From: Camelus dromedarius
Taxonomy: Eukaryota
Direction of reading: 5' to 3'
NCBI RefSeq assembly: GCF_036321535.1
Contig: NC_087437.1
Coordinates: 14,324,001-14,388,000, forward strand
DNA length: 64,000 bases
How positions within the stretch are numbered: the stretch's first letter is position 1; each line of letters starts with the position of its first letter. The notes beneath the pieces are model-generated. The model saw nothing but the letters and a program-made list of their open reading frames with translations, ran no database searches and was not told the DNA's origin. Shown here piece after piece: positions 63,955 through 64,000 of the stretch. Position numbers and translations under genes: made by a program.

Positions 63955-64000
63955 GTAAGTGGTAATAAATAAGAATTTTAATAAAAATTTAAAAATTTCA

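Noticed and set aside
1..64000. CRISPR arrays, operons, rRNA, intact ERV or transposase genes, and a gene symbol for the CpG-island gene
   Set aside because: None seen in this eukaryotic sequence; I could not recognise the gene from its exon 1 or candidate exons.

Overview
Mammalian genomic DNA, most likely a camelid or other cetartiodactyl. This is inferred from tRNA-Ala-like SINEs, the L1 3' UTR types, short Tigger1 derivatives, and no recognisable Alu, BovB or PRE-1. Bases 1-45,250 are repeat-rich intergenic DNA (MLT1/ERVL/ERV1 solo LTRs, L1, L2, MIR, hAT and Tigger elements) with several nested insertions. A CpG-island promoter at ~45.28-46.2 kb (two CCAAT boxes, a USF/MiT-type E-box, a GC box and an NRF1-like site) appears to drive a + strand gene. 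Its first exon looks non-coding (donor after 45,563), and the rest of the window looks like its 5' introns with a few candidate small exons. I could not identify the gene and found no CDS I can support; the listed ORFs are L1 remnants or chance. The most notable observations are a U6 retrocopy fused to a foreign polyadenylated tail, an L1 whose 3' UTR is replaced by ~290 bp of other sequence, two independent L1 insertions at the same site of two Tigger1 copies, and a block of ancient genomic DNA inside a younger MER41-like LTR. Repeat family names come from remembered consensus sequences, not a database search, and their boundaries are approximate.
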